Origin: the human T2T-CHM13v2.0 reference genome, Homo sapiens
Strand: one strand, 5' to 3'
Length of the DNA stretch: 64,000 nt
Assembly (NCBI RefSeq): GCF_009914755.1
Contig: NC_060930.1
Shown: piece after piece, positions 14,063-28,920 of the stretch
Layout: the number at the start of each line of letters is the position of its first letter
Position numbering within the stretch: the first letter of the stretch is position 1
The notes under the pieces: model-generated
What the model was told of the DNA's origin: nothing
The model's database searches: none
Seen by the model: only the letters and a program-made list of their open reading frames with translations
Made by a program: the position numbers and the translations under genes

Positions 14063-16306
14063 TGTTGCAACTGAATGTTGTGTCCCCTCAAAATTCATGT
14101 GATGAAAACTTAACCTTCAGTATGATGGTAGCAGGACCTATAAGCTGCATATTTATAATGAACTTTGGGGAGTAATTAGCTTATTATGGTGGAGGCTTCA
14201 TAAATTAGATTGGTGCCCTTAAAAATGACTCTTGAGAGCTCTTTCTGTCCACCATGTGAAGCTGCATTGAGAAGGCAGCAGTCTGAAACCCAAGAGAGCT
14301 CTCTCACCAGAACCCAATTATGCTGGCACTCTGCTGTTGGACTTCCAGCCTCCAGAACTGTGAGATGTGCATTCCGTTATTTAAAAGCCACTCAGGTTAT
14401 GGAACTTTATTAAAGCAGCCTGAACCGCTGAAGATGCAAACTGATCATGAGAAGTGGGAGTGCTGTTGTTATAAATACCTAAAACAAAGTGAAAATGGTT
14501 TTGGGCTCAGTGATTGGCAGAGATTGATGAGTTTTTATGCAAAATGCTAGATTACTGTGGAAGAAATTTAAAAGCCAATTCTCGTGAGGGCTCGGAAAGA
14601 AATATAGAAGAAAACGCTGTCTTCTCAGAAAATAATTAAATAATCATGAACAGAAGATTGATAAAATATGGACAGTAAAGGTCATTCTGTTGGAGGCTCA
14701 AATGGAAATGAATATGTTATTGGAAAATGGAGCAAAAGCAATCCATGTTAAAAAGTGGAAACAAACTTCTCTGAATTGTATTCATGCTCTTGTGTTTTGA
14801 GGAAGGTGGAACTTGTGTGCAGTGAAATTGGACATTTAACCCAGCAGATTTCTCAGCAACATGTAGAAGAAGCACCTTGGTTCCTTCTGAATCCGTAGCG
14901 TCAAATGTAGAAAAAAAAAATGGTTGGAAGATGGAATTGTTAAGGAAAAAGTAACCATAATTTAAGATCTGGGAAATTCTCAGCCTGCCCATATTGCAAA
15001 AAAAGTGAGAAAGTGTGTTCTGAAGAGAACATGAAGAGTGTTTCGGACCCTTACTGATTTGATTAATATGGGTGTGAACCATAGGCTTAATCAAACATCT
15101 CAACACAAACCATGAATAGAAATGGGATTATACCAGGAGAAACACTGCCAGTTGGGACTAAAGGAAACAGAGATAATGGGACGAAATAAAGGAAGACATT
15201 CAGAATGTTTAAGCCCTACAGGCCCGGACCCGAGAGCTATTCAGTTGTGGATGTGTGCTATTCTCTTCTTCAAAATTACGGAAGAGGGGGCGCAAAGGGG
15301 ATTTGGAGACAATTACAGCTGCTGCTTTTACCAAAAATCAAGAGGGTATGGCAAGGTGGGCCAAGGTTGCCTCCATTTTGATTTCAAAGGACAGAAATGA
15401 TGCTCAGAGGAGCTGTGTGGGAGGGCCATCCAGTGAAGCCCTGGGTGAGTGTCCTCAGCCCTGACAAAAGACTGTGCCATAAGTGGGTCCAGTGCATAGA
15501 GTCAGCAGCGAGCAGTGCCTCACTGAGCTGTCGGGGACTGTCTGGAAGGTGAGTCATCAAGCCAAAGAGGATGCTTCTTGAACCTTAGGGTTTGATGGAG
15601 TTTGCCCTGTTAGGTTTTAGATTTACTTGGGATCCAGCATTCATATATTTTATTTTTTTCGAATAGTGGTTCTTCTTGGAATGGGAATGTTTATCCTATG
15701 CCTGTCTCACCATTGTATTTTGAAAGTTCATATTGTTTGATTCCACAGGTTCACAGATGAAGAGAAATTTTGTGAGAATGAACTGTACCGTGAAGCTCAC
15801 CTACATCTGATTTAGGTAATATTTAAATAAGACCTTGGACTTTAGACTGGACTTGAGGCTGGAATGAGTTAAGATTTGTGGATTTGTTGGAATGGAATGA
15901 CTGCATTTTGTATGTGAAGACATGAATTTTGGGGAACCTGGGGCAGAATGTTACGGAATGAATTTTTAAAGTGTACCCTCAAAATTTGTATATTGAAATC
16001 TTAACTGTCAATGTAATGGTATTAGTATGTGGGACCTTCAGGAGGTAATTAGGTTGTGATAGTAGAGGCCTCATGAATAGGCTTAGTGTTCTTATAAAAG
16101 GGACCTAAGAGAGCTCTCACTTCTTTCCCCATGTGCTTATACAAAAACCCAACAGTCTGCAACCGCAAAAGGGCCCTCCCCAAAACCAGAACATCCTGGC
16201 ACTCTGACTTTGGACTTCCAACCCCTAGAACCGTAAGAAATACTTTTTTTGTTATTTGTAAGCCACTCAATCTATGGTATTTTGTATAGCAGCCCAAACT
16301 AAGACA
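14063..16306 (+). mobile_element. ERVL-MaLR element, LTR-internal-LTR (MLT1A/MSTC-like)
   Basis: LTRs 14063-14438 and 15949-16306 (TG...CA), MaLR internal start (gagaagtgggagtgctg), and a purine-rich tract before the 3' LTR. Confidence 0.8.
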
Positions 16307-18529
16307 CTCCTCTACACTACCGTGTACACCACATTCTTCTGCCTCCAGTCACATTGAACTATATTTTGTTTACTGAACATGACAAATTTATTACTGCACT
16401 ATGGTTTTGCCATATAATTTTTCCTGTCTTTTCAAACAGAAATTATTTCACAGCATACGCAGCTATAGGCAATTATCTAGCTTATGTATAAAATTACTTT
16501 CCTGATATTTGTCTCATTTTTTGTTTTTAAATGTTTTAAATAAACAATTGTTTTGAGGGGTACAGTATGATGTCTTCGTATATATTTATATTGTGGAATG
16601 ATTAAATCAAGCTGCTTAACACATCTCTTATGTCACATATTTATCTTTTTGTTGTGAGAACACTGAAAATAGACTTTTTAGCAATCTAAAAAAGGCAAAC
16701 CCTTAAAAGTAGAGAGTAGAATGCTAGTTAATGCTGGAGGCAAGGGATAGGGAATGGGGAGATGTTGTTCACAGGGTACAGTTTCAGTTAGACACAAAGA
16801 CTGAATTTTAGAGATTGACTTTATAGCAGAGTGACTATATTTAAAAATGACTTATTGTACATTTCAAATTTTCTATTTAAAATACACATAGTATCTGTAT
16901 TCCCAGTTCTTAAAACATGACCTATTAAACAACAGATTTGCAAGACTGAATGATTTTTTTTACCTTGTCCTGATCTCTAGATTTTTTTTAAACTTTATCT
17001 CATTAATTGCTAATTCTCTCTTTATGAATGTTAAATACTTAAAATAGCACCAAACATAACTAAACAAAACAAAAACAAAATTTGTTTTTTATTTCAAATG
17101 GCATGTTCCATTGCGTTCTAAGACTGGACTGTCTTGGAGATAAAGAAGACTTCATTATTTTATATAATATTCCTTTGAGAAATCCTGAGCTTTGTGCAAA
17201 AATGACATACTTCATTTTTTTTTGCATAATTTTATCACTCCATAGAGCCCAGATCGAGTTCCTAAGTTCTCACTAAGGCACATGGGTCTAATTCCATTAC
17301 ATTTTTGGCCTGTGTCAATTAATTTTCTTTTCTCAGATAATAAATTTACACTCCTATTCCACTTCTGAGCAGTTAGAGATTTTCAGCATGGAACATTCTA
17401 TTAAAATGAAATGGCAAATTGCCTTGTAGCACACGCATTTTCAAAGAATGTTTTGTCTGATAATGTAGTTCTTATGAGTTTCTTTCCAAAGTAATCCATT
17501 TACACAAAATACATTATTAATTTTGTGCATTTACAAACTACACATAATTTCAAAGTGATGTCATTGTTCCACAAATACATCTAGGTTTCAAAGTGATTGA
17601 TTAAATTCTGTTTAAAATTTTGCACAGAAGTGCAGTATATAATCACATTTTATATCCCTCTGTGCAGGATATAGTTTTCTAAATCATACTCCATTGTCAG
17701 GAGCATGTTCATCTTCCATACAGAACACACTGACTGAAAATAAGGTCAAGTCTACACATTTGGGATATAAATTTTTGAGATTACTGCTCTTGGTATAATA
17801 TATCTCTCTTGTACTTGAGCCTCTAGATCTTGCTGTTTTTAACACTTTTGTGCTCGCAAGATTTACGCTTCTGTATACTTTGTTTATATTCAGCAGCTAA
17901 GTATATTTTGTCCTGTTATCATGATTCAACCTGTGATTTGTTTCAAAAGTACAAGTAAGGTTTTAAACATAATTATAGTGTAATCTCTTTAGATTTTGCT
18001 GCATTATCACTCAGAATGAGAAAAATCTAAATTAAAAGTGTGTGCACATGTATACACACTTTTCAATATACAAACTTAGGTATCATGTTAGATTCATCAC
18101 GATTTGAAAATGAAATTTGATTATAATACTTGCAAGATGACTTACAGGTTAATATTTATATGTACACTTACAATTTTTATAATTTTTAAAACTATCCAAT
18201 ATGTTAGTTTTCTTTGATTTCTAGTGATAACAGTAGAAATATCTGGCCCTGGTTATCATATCTGGTTGTTATGATCAATAGAAACGATATATGCAAAAGC
18301 AAATACATTTTAAAACTTTTTAATAGTAACTTTTATTGTTACGTATTCTGAATAATGCAGTTTTACAGTTATTATTATAACATGACACAAATGGTAGAGA
18401 TTTTGATGCCTACATTTTTAATAAAAATGTTCAAAACCATATTTCACAAAATGTATCATGCTGTAAGGTTGCAACAGCCCTCTCAAATAGAGTTCTGCCT
18501 TTCTCTTGCCCTTTAAACTAATGCTATCT

Positions 18530-18677
18530 GAGACTGCAACAGAAGGCCCTCATTACATGCTGGTATCTTGATCATCGACTTCTTTGCCTACCGAACTATC
18601 AGAAAATAATTTTCTATTTTTTACAAATTACCCAGTTTCAGGTATTTTGTTACAGCAGCACAAAACAGACTAAGACA
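18530..18677 (+). mobile_element. MaLR LTR 3' fragment
   Basis: aaattacccagtttcaggtattttgttacagcagcacaaaacagactaagaca. Confidence 0.75.
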
Positions 18678-18689
18678 TAAAGTGTAAAA

Positions 18690-19870
18690 TTATCCTTCCA
18701 TATTGCTGCAAGTGAAATGATTTTATTTTTTATAGCTGTGTAGTATTCATTGTGCGTGTATGTGTGTGTGTATATATGTATGTATGTATATCACATCATT
18801 TTCTTTATCCAGTTATTTGTTGATGGACACATGTTGATTCAATATCTTTGGTATTATGAATATTGCTGCTATAAATAAATGAGTGCAAATATCTTTTTTG
18901 GTATAATGATATTTTTTCTTTTGGGTATACACCCAGTATAGGATTGATAGAGTGAATTGTGGCTCTTTAATACTTGAAAAAATTTTCATACTGTTTTAAT
19001 AGAGGTGGGACAAATTTACATTCCTTCTAATTATACTATAAGGCTATAGTAATAAAAACAATATGATACTGATATAAAAATGGACACAATACTCAATAGA
19101 GCAAAATAGAAATTCCAGGAATAAAGTGACAAAGGCACTTGTCACTTTATTAGTGGATATTTATAAAGGGACCTACCTACAGTCAATGGATATTTGACAA
19201 CATTGAAAAAAACATACACTGGGAAAAGGACATTCCCTTCAATAAATAGTGCAGGGAAAATTGGAAAGCCACATGCAGAGGAATAAAACTGGGCCCCTAT
19301 CTGTTGCCATCCACAAAATTAACTCAGGATGAATTAAAGAATTAAATATAATACCTGAAGATATAAAAGTACTCATAGAATACCTGGAAAAACTCTTCTA
19401 GACATTGGCCTTGGCAAAAAATTTGTGACTAAGACCTCAAAAGCAAATTTAGCAAAAAACAAAAGTAGACAAATGGGACTTAATTAAACAAAAAAGTTTC
19501 TGCACAGCAAAAGAAATAACTGAGAAAACAGATAACCTGAAGAATGTGAGAAAATATTTGCAAACTATGCATCCAACTAAGTACTAATATCCAGAATCGA
19601 CAAGAAATTCAAACAACTCAACAACAACAACAAAATAGATAACCCCATTAAAAAATGGACAAAGTACATAAACAGACATTTCTCAAAAGAAGACATACAA
19701 GTGGACAGCAAACATATGAAATAATGCTCAGTCTCATCATCAGAGAAATAAAAATTAAAACCACAATGAAATGCCACCTTATACTAGTCAGAATGGCTAT
19801 TTTTTAAAAGTCACAACACATCAGGTATTGATGAGAATGTAGAGAGAAGTGAGTGAATCCTTATATAGTA
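18690..19870. mobile_element. L1 (L1MA/PB-like) with inverted 5' segment
   Basis: Minus-strand piece 18690-19028 abuts a plus-strand ORF2-end piece 19030-19870. Confidence 0.75.
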
Positions 19871-20293
19871 TAGGCGACATTTTTATTTATGGAATATCAA
19901 AATAGATAGTTACTTAAAATTCATTTGAATTATAAAATATTAAAATGTAGATTTATGAATACTTTGTACTTTCTAAAAGTTTAACCACAATAAAAATCCA
20001 AACTACCACTGTTGTGTCCATAATAATTCATAATTGTATGTGATGATGTTGAGAAATCTTCCTAAATATTAGGATTCAAGTCCCTCATTTATTTTAATGA
20101 AAATATCATTCTTAAAAGCATTTCAAGGAATATAGCTCAATAATTCAACAAATAACATTTGCAAATTGATAATCCATGGTTCAAAGATGTCAAGATGAAC
20201 TCAAAGTCTACAGGGATACCCTTTTGATTCAAGGAAATAATGTTACCCTAAATGAGAGAAGATAGGGAAGACCATGTCAAATGAATCACTTTT

Positions 20294-20671
20294 TGATGTG
20301 GTTTGGCTGTGTCCCCACCCAGATCTCATTTTGAATTTTAGTTCTCATAATCCCCATGTGTCATGGGAGGGACCTGGTGGGAGGTAATTGAATCATGAGG
20401 GCGGTTACCCTCCGTGCTGTTCTTGTGATAGTGAGTGAGTCTCACAAGATCTGATGGTTTTATAAGGGGATTCCACATTTGCTCGGCTCTCATTCTTCTC
20501 CTTCCTGCTGCCATGTGAAGAAGGACTTGATTGCTTCCCCTTCCACCATGATTGTAAGTTTCCTGAATGTTCCCCAGCCATATGGAACTGTTAGTCCATT
20601 AAAGTTCTTTTCCTTATAAATTACCCAGTCTCGGGTAGTTCTTCATAGCAGCATGAGAACAGACTAATACA
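20294..20671 (+). mobile_element. THE1 solo LTR
   Basis: tgatgtggtttggctgtgtccccaccca...gaacagactaataca. Confidence 0.9.
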
Positions 20672-20679
20672 CACTTCAA

Positions 20680-21693
20680 TATTGATTTACATTTCTATGA
20701 TCATCAGTGATCTTGAGTATTTTTTAATGTTTGTTGGCAACTTGCATGTCTTCTTTTGATAAATGTCTGTTTATGTCATTTGCCTACTTTGTAATGACAT
20801 AATGTGTTTATTTATTTATTTATTTATTGAGTTCCATGTAGATTCTGGATATTAGTACTTCGTTAGATGCATAATTTGTGAATATTTTCTCCTGTTCTGT
20901 AGGTTGCCTGTTTACTCTGTTGATTATTTCCTTTGCTGTGCAGAAGATTTTTAGTTTACTTAGGTCCCATTTGCCTATTATTATTTTTGTTTCATTTGCT
21001 TCTGATGACTTAGTCATAAATTCTTTGTCAAGGCTGAGATTCAGTAAAGTTTTCCTAGGTTTTCTTCTAGGAATTTTATAGGTTTTTACATTTGAGTATT
21101 TAATCAATCTTGAGTTAATTTTTATACATGGTGAGATACAGGAATCCAGTTTTATTCTTGTGTATATGGATATCCAATTTTTCTAGTACAATTTATTGAA
21201 AAAGGTATCCTTTCCACATTGTTTATTTGTGCATGCTTTGTTGAAGATTAGTTGGTTGTAGGTATGTGGCTTTATTTCTTGGTTCTCTATTTAATTTTAT
21301 TAAACTATGTATCTGTTTTTGTATTGGTACCATGCTGTTCTTGTTATTATAGGTTTGTAGTATAATTTGAAATGGGGTGAAGTGCTGACTCCAGCTTTGT
21401 TCTTTTTGCTTAGAATTGCTTTGGCTATCCGGGCCATTTTTTCAATTCAGGATTTCATATAAACTTTGGGATTGTTGTTGTCTAATTCTGTGAAAAATGA
21501 CATTGGTAGTTTGATAGAAATTGCATTGAATCTTTAGATTGCTTTGGACACCATGGTCATTTTTAATTTTTTTTAATCCATGAACATGGGATATTTTTCC
21601 ATTAGTTTGTTTTATTTCAGGTTTCTTCCATCCATCTTTTGTAGTTCTTATTGTAGAAATATTTTACCTGCTTGGTTAAACGTATTTCTCAGT

Positions 21694-21728
<35 letters not shown>

Positions 21729-21910
21729 CTATTGTAAATGAGATTGAGTTCTTGATTTTGTTCTCAGCTTGAATATTATTGCTATAAATACTACTGACTA
21801 TTGGACATTGACTTTGTATTCTGAAACTTTATTGCAGTCATTTGTCAAGTCTAGGAGTCTTTTGGAGTCTTTAGGGTTTTCTTTGTATAAGACCATGCCA
21901 TCTCTTAATG
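20680..21910 (-). mobile_element. L1 (L1MA/PB-like) ORF2 3' fragment containing (TG)n at ~21698-21727
   Basis: ORF 20820-21107 translates to an L1 ORF2-like sequence (KWDLSKLKIFCTAKEIINRVNRQPTE). Confidence 0.88.
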
Positions 21911-22059
21911 TAACTTCTATCCCAACTTTTGTGGTAATTTTTTTCTTGCATTTTTTATAATTTTATTTTCTAATTTGTTTATCCAGAAATACCATTTAGT
22001 TCTGTGTGGTATTAGACTTGAAAACAGTGCAAATTTTCTTTCTTAACATTTCATTTTTG

Positions 22060-22409
<350 letters not shown>

Positions 22410-24319
22410 TCATTTTTGTTGATGTATTGAGTAGTCTTAAGTTACCAATTTCATTTTTAATAGTTATGCTTTTTCCAAAAATTTTATAATAATTAGTAGT
22501 TTTATCATGACTATTCCTATATACATATTCATATAAATGCATAACAAAGAGTGCAATTGCTCATTTGGAGGGCATGCCATCTTTAGCACTATGACTATTA
22601 AATAAATTGTTTGCATTGTTTAAGAGAGTGATATTCCACATCATCACCAGGACTGTGGATTGTCAGACATTTTAAGTAACTGTGGCTCCCCATACAGGAT
22701 AACTTGGTTAAACTTGCTATTCACTTGGCATCCCTAGCATTATATTATTGTCATCATAAGAATGGAACCCAAAGTTCTAGAGTTTTTAATCAATTATCAA
22801 ACAACAACTAATTGAATACCATGTAAGTTCCTAACCTTGTGCTAGCCGTTGTCCTACATTTGTGATAAGAATAGATAAAGTGCCCTTCTACCTAGCAGTT
22901 TAGACAATAAACAATGAGAAAAGAAATTAAATGTGTATTGTATGATAGCAGGTTAGTGATAATCACTGATAATCCAATGAGTTTATATGATACCAAAATA
23001 TTGATTAGATCAGGAAATCACTGCTAAAGAGGAAACATTATTTATCAGTGTGTTTATAACAGATGGAGCAATGAGTATAAAAGTCATGTGTTAGGGTATG
23101 CAAGATGATGATATAGAGCAGAGTAATCAAGGCAAAGGAAAATGGTAGGTGGAGAAGCCAGCTTATAGTTCTGAGCAAGATTATATCTTTAGCTTTTATT
23201 AGGCAAGTAAATGAAATTCTTTTGAGATTTTCAGCTGGAAAAATGAAACTAATGTGAAATGCATTATATTGCCAGAGGTGACTTCCATTGCCTGGTGGGG
23301 AAGAGACTGGAGGAAGGATGGATAATGGCAGCACACAGATGCTGCTGAGAAGCTATTTTAGTAGTTCATGTAGGAGACCATTGTCAAATTTGCAATAAAC
23401 TTCCAGGTGAAATGGAATTGACTTTCTAATGGCTTGGAATGGTGTATATAAAACAGCTGGTAATGACTCCATATTTTGAAGCTTTAGAAAATAGATTAAT
23501 AATGGCTCAAATTACTGAGTGAAAAATTACTGGGAAAGAAGCAGGATTGGCAGGATGCAGATAAAGAATTCTGTTTTACTTACTAAGGTTGAGATGCCTA
23601 TTTGATATTCAAGGCAGTTGCAAATGAGATGAGTGTTCAGGAATGAGATGTCAGCTAAAGATATAAATTTTAGTCTGTGCCCATATCTTAGCTGCAAGGA
23701 AGGATTTTATGAACTGCTGGTGAGACTGTAAATCAGTGCAATCAACGTAGACAAATAAATAAATGCATACACCATGTCATCTTGTAATAACTCCCAACCC
23801 CCAACACCTAAAGAAGAGACTGTGTGTTTAAGTTGGGAGTGTATTGTGGAGTAAGAATAAGAAACAGGATGGGTGCTATAGGGAGAGAGAGTAAAATCTA
23901 GAACACATTATTAAGTTAGGCGATGGAATACTATATGACCATTCACTGAAGTGAAACAACGGGGGAAATATGTATCCATCAGCTCTAGGAGTTCCATTTT
24001 TCAAGCATAGCCTCATGGATGCTAACTTCTCAATGTGTCTAGACAGTGCATTTATGAGTACCAAGCAAAATGCCTACAACAATCCACACAGCATTGTCTG
24101 AGAAATCCCACAGCAGAAAGTGAATTCTTGCTCTAGTCTGAAGCCACATACTATCACTTCCATCTTTATGAAACTGACCAAAGTCTACATAAAAATAGTA
24201 ACCAAGGCTCTGACTGGAACAAGAGGTAATGCTGAGAGGGTCTGCAGTGATGTAAGATCCAATACACCCTATGATTTTTAAATTTTGTTCCTGGGTTTAT
24301 ATCCTAGAGAAACTCTGAC

Positions 24320-24395
24320 ATATATATGTGTATATATATATATACATTTATATATATACACATTTACATATATATACACACACATACACACACAT
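24320..24395. repeat. (TA)n/(CA)n microsatellite
   Basis: Seen directly. Confidence 0.85.
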
Positions 24396-24593
24396 TCATA
24401 GCAGCTTTTTGTTGAAATAGCAAAAAATGAGAAAAAAACTAAATGGCAATATAATGAACAAAAGGGAGCTGTGTTTTGATATTTTTATATAGTACAATGC
24501 TAAACAGCATTTAAAATAATTGATAAGAATGATATGCGCCAACATAGATGGACATCATCAATGTCATATAAAACAAAATAAAGCAGAAGGTAG

Positions 24594-24890
<297 letters not shown>

Positions 24891-25351
24891 GATGGTAGAC
24901 ACGTTTTTAACTTCTAAAAATATATGATCATGATTAAATTGTGTCTGTGGAGACTTGCACATATACTAAATTCTAAACAATTAGAGATATTTGTTCATTA
25001 CCACATTTTAGGAGTCATTATTTCCTCTATGAAGAGAGAAAGGAATTTGATACAAGTTCACAGGGGCTTCCAATAGATTGAGACTTTCATTTCTAGCTGA
25101 GCTGCTGATATATGAATTTTTTTTGTTATTATGACTTTCATATGTATTAAAAATAAAATGAAAAAACAAGGATTATGTGAGGAACCTATACGTCTCTAAT
25201 ATGCAGAATACCACAGAAATAATGACTGTTGGGAAATTAGGCCTTAGCTCTGATGTTTGAACCATCCCCTCAATGTTTCCCAGTGGTTCTTAGAGTATTT
25301 TGATCACCTCTGTGTTGGTGCTTTAGAACTAGAGAAGCCCGTTTTGTTAAC

Positions 25352-25621
<270 letters not shown>

Positions 25622-25629
25622 TTTTGTTA

Positions 25630-26000
25630 ACTTTTAGTTTAAGTTCAGGAGTACACGTGCAGGTTTGTTATACAGGTAAACTCGTGTCATGGGGATTTGT
25701 TGTACAGGTTATGTTGTCACCCAGGTATTAAGCTTAGTACCCATTAGTTACTTTTCCTGAACCTCTCCCTTTTCCCACCCGCTACTCTCAGGTAGGTCCG
25801 AGTGTGTGGTGTTCTCTTCTATGAGTCCATGTGTTCTTATCATTTGGCTCACATTTATAAATAAGAACATGCTGCATTTGTTTTTCTGTTCCTGCATTAG
25901 TGGGAGCTGAGGATGGGTGGAGCTGAGGATAATGGTCTCCAGCTCCACCCATGTTCCTGCAAAGGACATGATCTTGTTCTTTTGTATGGATGAATACTAT
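25630..26000 (-). mobile_element. L1PA 3'UTR fragment
   Basis: tacacgtgcaggtttgttatacaggtaaactcgtgtc...gcaaaggacatgatc. Confidence 0.85.
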
Positions 26001-26077
26001 AAAGTCTTCCAAACTGTTTTGGTTTTGGTTTGTTTTCTTTCTTGAGAAAGGAAAGACAAAATAGAAATAAAAGAGTA

Positions 26078-26381
26078 GGCCGAGCGGGGTGGCTCACGCC
26101 TGTAATCCCAGCACTTTAGGAGGCTGAGGCAGATGGATCACTAGGGGTCAGGAGTTTGAGACCAGCCTGAACAATATGGTGAAATCCCGTCTCCACTAAA
26201 AATACAAAAAATCAGTCAGGCATGGTGGCACATGCCTGTAGTTCCAGCTACTAGGGAGGCTGAGGCAGGAGAATCGCTTGAATCTGGGAGGCAATGGGTT
26301 GCTGGGTGTGCCGGGATGGCACCACAGCCTGGGTGAAAGAGTGAGACTCCGTCTCAAAAAATAATAATAATAAAATAAAAA
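26078..26381 (+). mobile_element. AluS
   Basis: Dimeric Alu with (AAT)n tail. Confidence 0.9.
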
Positions 26382-27062
26382 AGGGAGAGAGAAAGAGTAC
26401 CAATGTATGGCAGAAATCAAGAGAAGAGTTTGCTTTTTTGAATAACTACACCCTGGACATTAGTTTCAAGAAACCGTCTGCTGGAAATATAACTATATGT
26501 TTAAGTTGATGGATCATTATTACACGTAGCATGAAGAAAGTCACTCCTTGCTAGAAAGCCCTGTGTAGGTCATTAGGCATCACAGTGTGGAGTTATCTAA
26601 GCAAGCACCAAGGTAGGATATCTGAATAACTGATTTATTTCCATGTTTACTGAGAATATTCATTGCAACAAGTCAGTAGAGAAACAGTAAAGAGGGCAGG
26701 CATGGCTATGCTTCTATAGAATCTAGTGAAGAGGAGATAATTTCAAATAACCCAAGAAGGTAAATGAGTAGTCAAATTTTGAAAACGACTATTAACTCAC
26801 AAACAGGAAACTATAATAGAAAATAGTTGATTGAAGGCAGAATGCCCAGTTCAGAAAAGATTCCTCTGAGAGCAATATGTAAGCATAGAGTTTGAGGATG
26901 AAGAGTCACTCATTTTGAAAGAGCAGATGAAGAAAGTTTCAGGACAAAGAAACAGCATCTGCAAAGACCTCAACGAAGATATCACACAGAAAAAGCTGTA
27001 TTTAATCTGTTGCTAGACAAAAGTGAGCTACGGATCACATGGTCTTGGATGAGGGAGACAGA

Positions 27063-27416
27063 TGATATAGTTTGGATGTCCCGCCCAAATCTCATGTTGA
27101 AACGAGATCCCCAGTGCTGAAGGTGGAGCCTGGTGGGAAGTGTTTGGATCACGGGGTCTAATCCTTCGTGGCTTGGTGCTGTCTCCATGGTAGTGCACCT
27201 ACCCCAACACACTCTCTCTCTCGTTCCTGCTTTCACCATGTGAAGCGCCTGCTCCTGCTTTGCCTTCTGTCATGAGTAAAAGCTCCCTGAGGCCTCTCCA
27301 GAAGAAGATGCCACTGTGCTTCCTGTACAGCCTGCAGAACTGTGAGTCGATTAAACATTTTTATAATATCCAGTCTCAGGTATTTCTTCATAGCAATACA
27401 AGAACAGCCTAATATA
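27063..27416 (+). mobile_element. MST (MSTB-like) solo LTR
   Basis: tgatatagtttggatgt...cagcctaatata; 5-bp TSD ACAGA at 27058-27062 and 27417-27421. Confidence 0.9.
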
Positions 27417-27909
27417 ACAGATAAGCAGGGACTAAAGTCATCAAAATTAGAATTGTGCATTTAATTTTGATTGCATTTAATTTTGATTGCATTGAAAAGG
27501 CAGATGCTTTGAGGCTAGAATGAGGTAATAACTGTTTTGTTTTGCTTTGTTTTGTTTGCTCTTAACAAATTAGTCTGACTTCAGTCCATAGTAAATTGGA
27601 GAGGAACTGATAGAAGATAAAAGAACTGGTAAAAAGCCATTGTAAATACTCAAGTTTCAAAAACAATTTTATGGTAAGGGCAAATCCTCAGGTCAAGAAA
27701 AGTGTGTTACTAAATTCTGTTAGTTTCCAGAAGAAAGATAAAGTCATATGACACAGATTTTACTCCTTACGTTAGAGAGTGTGCTAAGGATACCACCCAC
27801 ATTTTCCAACATTTATTTCCATCATGTTTTATGATCTTCATCTATATTCCATCCTCGTTATTTCTAGCAACAGTCTATGAAATTTCTTACATTAATAGAA
27901 ATAATGTAT

Positions 27910-28130
27910 TAATATTCAGCAATGTGCTAAACATTGTTGAAACACTGTCTCAATATTACTCTTGGAAGAGCTCTGAGGTAGACAATATTTCCAATATATG
28001 AGTCATGAGGAAACTGAGGAATGGAAAGATTAAACAACTTGTTGAGGGTAGCATAATTGTAAATGGTGAAGACATAATACAAATCCTAATATCTATGACT
28101 CTAATGCTTTAAAAAATCATTATATATACT
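27910..28130 (-). mobile_element. MIR
   Basis: atgaggaaactgagg...attaaacaacttgt core motif. Confidence 0.65.
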
Positions 28131-28164
28131 ATGCTGTCTCTGATGTGTGAATCTACCCACTTCT

Positions 28165-28920
28165 AATTCATTATTTATAACAAGTATTTGTTGCCAGGTA
28201 GTATTCTAGGCTTTGGGGATACATCTTTGAAAAAGCTTATAGAAATCTCTGTCCTCAGGGAACTAATATTCTAGGGACTATACAATCAACAATAAGCAAA
28301 AATGTAATATGTATAGTGTGTTAGACTGTAGTAAGTACAATGGCCAAAAATTAAGAATGGAGAATGTCTAAGGGGACAGATTGTTTGGAATTTGAATAAA
28401 GTGGCTATGGAAAACCTCACTGAGATAATGGCATCTGACCAAAAGCATGAGGAAGATATAGAACAAACCATATCTGTTGCATGTTTAGTAATAACCAAGA
28501 AAATACTGTACGTGAAGCTGAGTGAGAAAATTACATAGTGGAAGGAGGGAAGTCCATAGAAGAATTGGGGGCTTCATGTGGTACAGCATCTATAAAGCAT
28601 TGTGCAAGTTCTGACTTTTACAATGAATGAAATGAGAGATCAGAGTTTTACACAGAAAAAGGTAATAACCTGATACATGTTTTAAAGTGATTATACAAAT
28701 TGCTCTTTTGAGGATGTACTGAAGGGTGCCTTATGCAGAATCAGAAACACCTGTTTGCTGGCCATTTCAATAACCTGGGCAATAAATGATGGTGGTTAGC
28801 ACCAGGATGCTAGTGGTGAAAGTAGCAAAAATGATCAGAACTGAGCTGTATTTTGAACATACAGTTAATAAGTTCTGTGGCATGACAGAAAAATGATTCC
28901 ATAATATTTGTATTGAGCAA
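28165..28920. mobile_element. L2 fragment
   Basis: Decayed L2-like motifs (caagtatttgttgccagg...ctagg; aaatgatggtgg). Confidence 0.5.
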
